Shown here: one piece after another, positions 31,053-32,000 of the stretch
Position numbering within the stretch: the stretch's first letter is position 1
Layout: every line of letters begins with the position of its first letter
Source: Coprobacillaceae bacterium
GTDB taxonomy: Bacteria > Bacillota_I > Bacilli_A > Erysipelotrichales > Coprobacillaceae
DNA length: 32,000 nt
Assembly: GCA_963675915.1 (NCBI GenBank)
Contig: OY780959.1
Location: 690,001-722,000 of the forward strand
Direction: 5' to 3'
Program-made: the position numbers and the translations under genes
Notes under the pieces: model-generated
Databases searched by the model: none
Seen by the model: the letters and a program-made list of their open reading frames with translations, nothing else
What the model was told of the DNA's origin: nothing

Positions 31053-32000
31053 TATTTTCTCCTATCGATCAATTGATAAATCTTGGCAATTACTTTCTGG
31101 CTGGCGATGATTATCGCCCCGCAGGTAGCCAGTGACACCAGCAGCAGCAACAGCCCCTGCAAGTCAAACATGGAAGTTTCCATTATATTTTGCAAAGCAA
31201 TGGCGGTTATGAAAAAGGCCCCGGCACAAAATGCCAGAATCACTTTTCTAAAGCGGTTGAGCGGTTGGTAAATCCGGTAAAGGGTGAAGAAGTAATTCGC
31301 AGAGTTCATCATAACACAAATCATTGCAATCTCATAGGGATCAAGATTGATCTGATTGCCCAGGATGACGATTGTCAGCGATCCAAAACAAATGGACAGG
31401 GCCACCGGAATTGAACGGTAGAATATCTTCTTGAAAAAGTCATCGGTTACCGGATGGAAATTAGGTTCGTAAGTCAAAAAGAAAGTTGGGACTCCGACTG
31501 CGAACATCGAAATGACAGTAAGCTGAATCGGTTGGAAGGGATAGCGGACCCCGAAGATGATTGTCAGGATCGTCAACAGTGATGAAAAGAAGGTCTTGAT
31601 TAGATAGATCACCGCCGAATTGGAAATGTTGTTGATAACCCGGCGGCCCTGCATCAAGGCTGAAGTCAGCGATTCAAAATCATCATCAAGTAAAATCAAA
31701 TTCGAGATGTTCTTGGTTGCCGGCGATCCGGAACCCAAAGCAATCGAACAGTCGGCATCTTTTAAAGCCAACATGTCGTTGACACCATCACCGGTCATCG
31801 CCACTGTTTTGCCTTCTTGTTTGAAAAGATTGATCAGCTGACGTTTTTGGTCGGGCGTGGTCCTTCCATAGATATTGTAGTTTTGATAAACATTTTCGAG
31901 ATCCTCTTTGCTGAGGGTGGCACAGTTGACTTCATGACAGTGATGCAGTCCGCATTTCTTGGCAATATTGGCCACGGTCACCGGGTCATCGCCACTGATG
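31052..32000 (-). CDS. Cation-transporting P-type ATPase (C-terminal part; the gene runs past the window end)
   Basis: The frame is open to nt 32000 (...ISGDDPVTVANIAKKCG). It has the hinge motif TGDGVNDMLALKDADCSIALG and C-terminal TM helices (PFQPIQLTVISMFAVGVPTFFLTYEP). Ion specificity cannot be determined. Confidence 0.88.
   Translation of the reverse strand, partial: ISGDDPVTVANIAKKCGLHHCHEVNCATLSKEDLENVYQNYNIYGRTTPDQKRQLINLFKQEGKTVAMTGDGVNDMLALKDADCSIALGSGSPATKNISNLILLDDDFESLTSALMQGRRVINNISNSAVIYLIKTFFSSLLTILTIIFGVRYPFQPIQLTVISMFAVGVPTFFLTYEPNFHPVTDDFFKKIFYRSIPVALSICFGSLTIVILGNQINLDPYEIAMICVMMNSANYFFTLYRIYQPLNRFRKVILAFCAGAFFITAIALQNIMETSMFDLQGLLLLLVSLATCGAIIIASQKVIAKIYQLIDRRK

Overview
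Core housekeeping chromosome from a low-GC Gram-positive (Bacillota). The 16S sequence suggests an Erysipelotrichia/Mollicutes-related lineage (by-eye inference). The standard genetic code applies. Gene order: 3' stub of an unknown gene, rhomboid protease, galU plus a coupled unknown membrane protein, pyruvate:ferredoxin oxidoreductase (PFOR), then a complete 16S-23S-5S rRNA operon with no spacer tRNA. Next is a putative glycolipid operon (GT4, MprF-flippase-like membrane protein, GT4 fused to a full-length RecX), overlapped by yhaM. On the minus strand: hit, two tandem acidic PrsA-like lipoproteins and an AI-2E transporter. On the plus strand: sufCDSUB, 5-formyl-THF cyclo-ligase, a MOP-family flippase and a SulP/STAS anion transporter. 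On the minus strand: a tRNA operon (Val-Thr-Tyr-Gln-Lys), pgi, a yugI-like S1 protein, a GAF-type free Met-R-sulfoxide reductase and the 3' part of a P-type ATPase that runs off the window. I found no CRISPR array, transposase, integrase, phage, toxin-antitoxin, restriction-modification or recognisable defence genes, so I see no clear novel system. The most unusual item is the in-frame GT4-RecX fusion, translationally coupled to yhaM and sitting downstream of a flippase-like gene. All calls rest on reading the translations and DNA motifs by eye; no database search was run.
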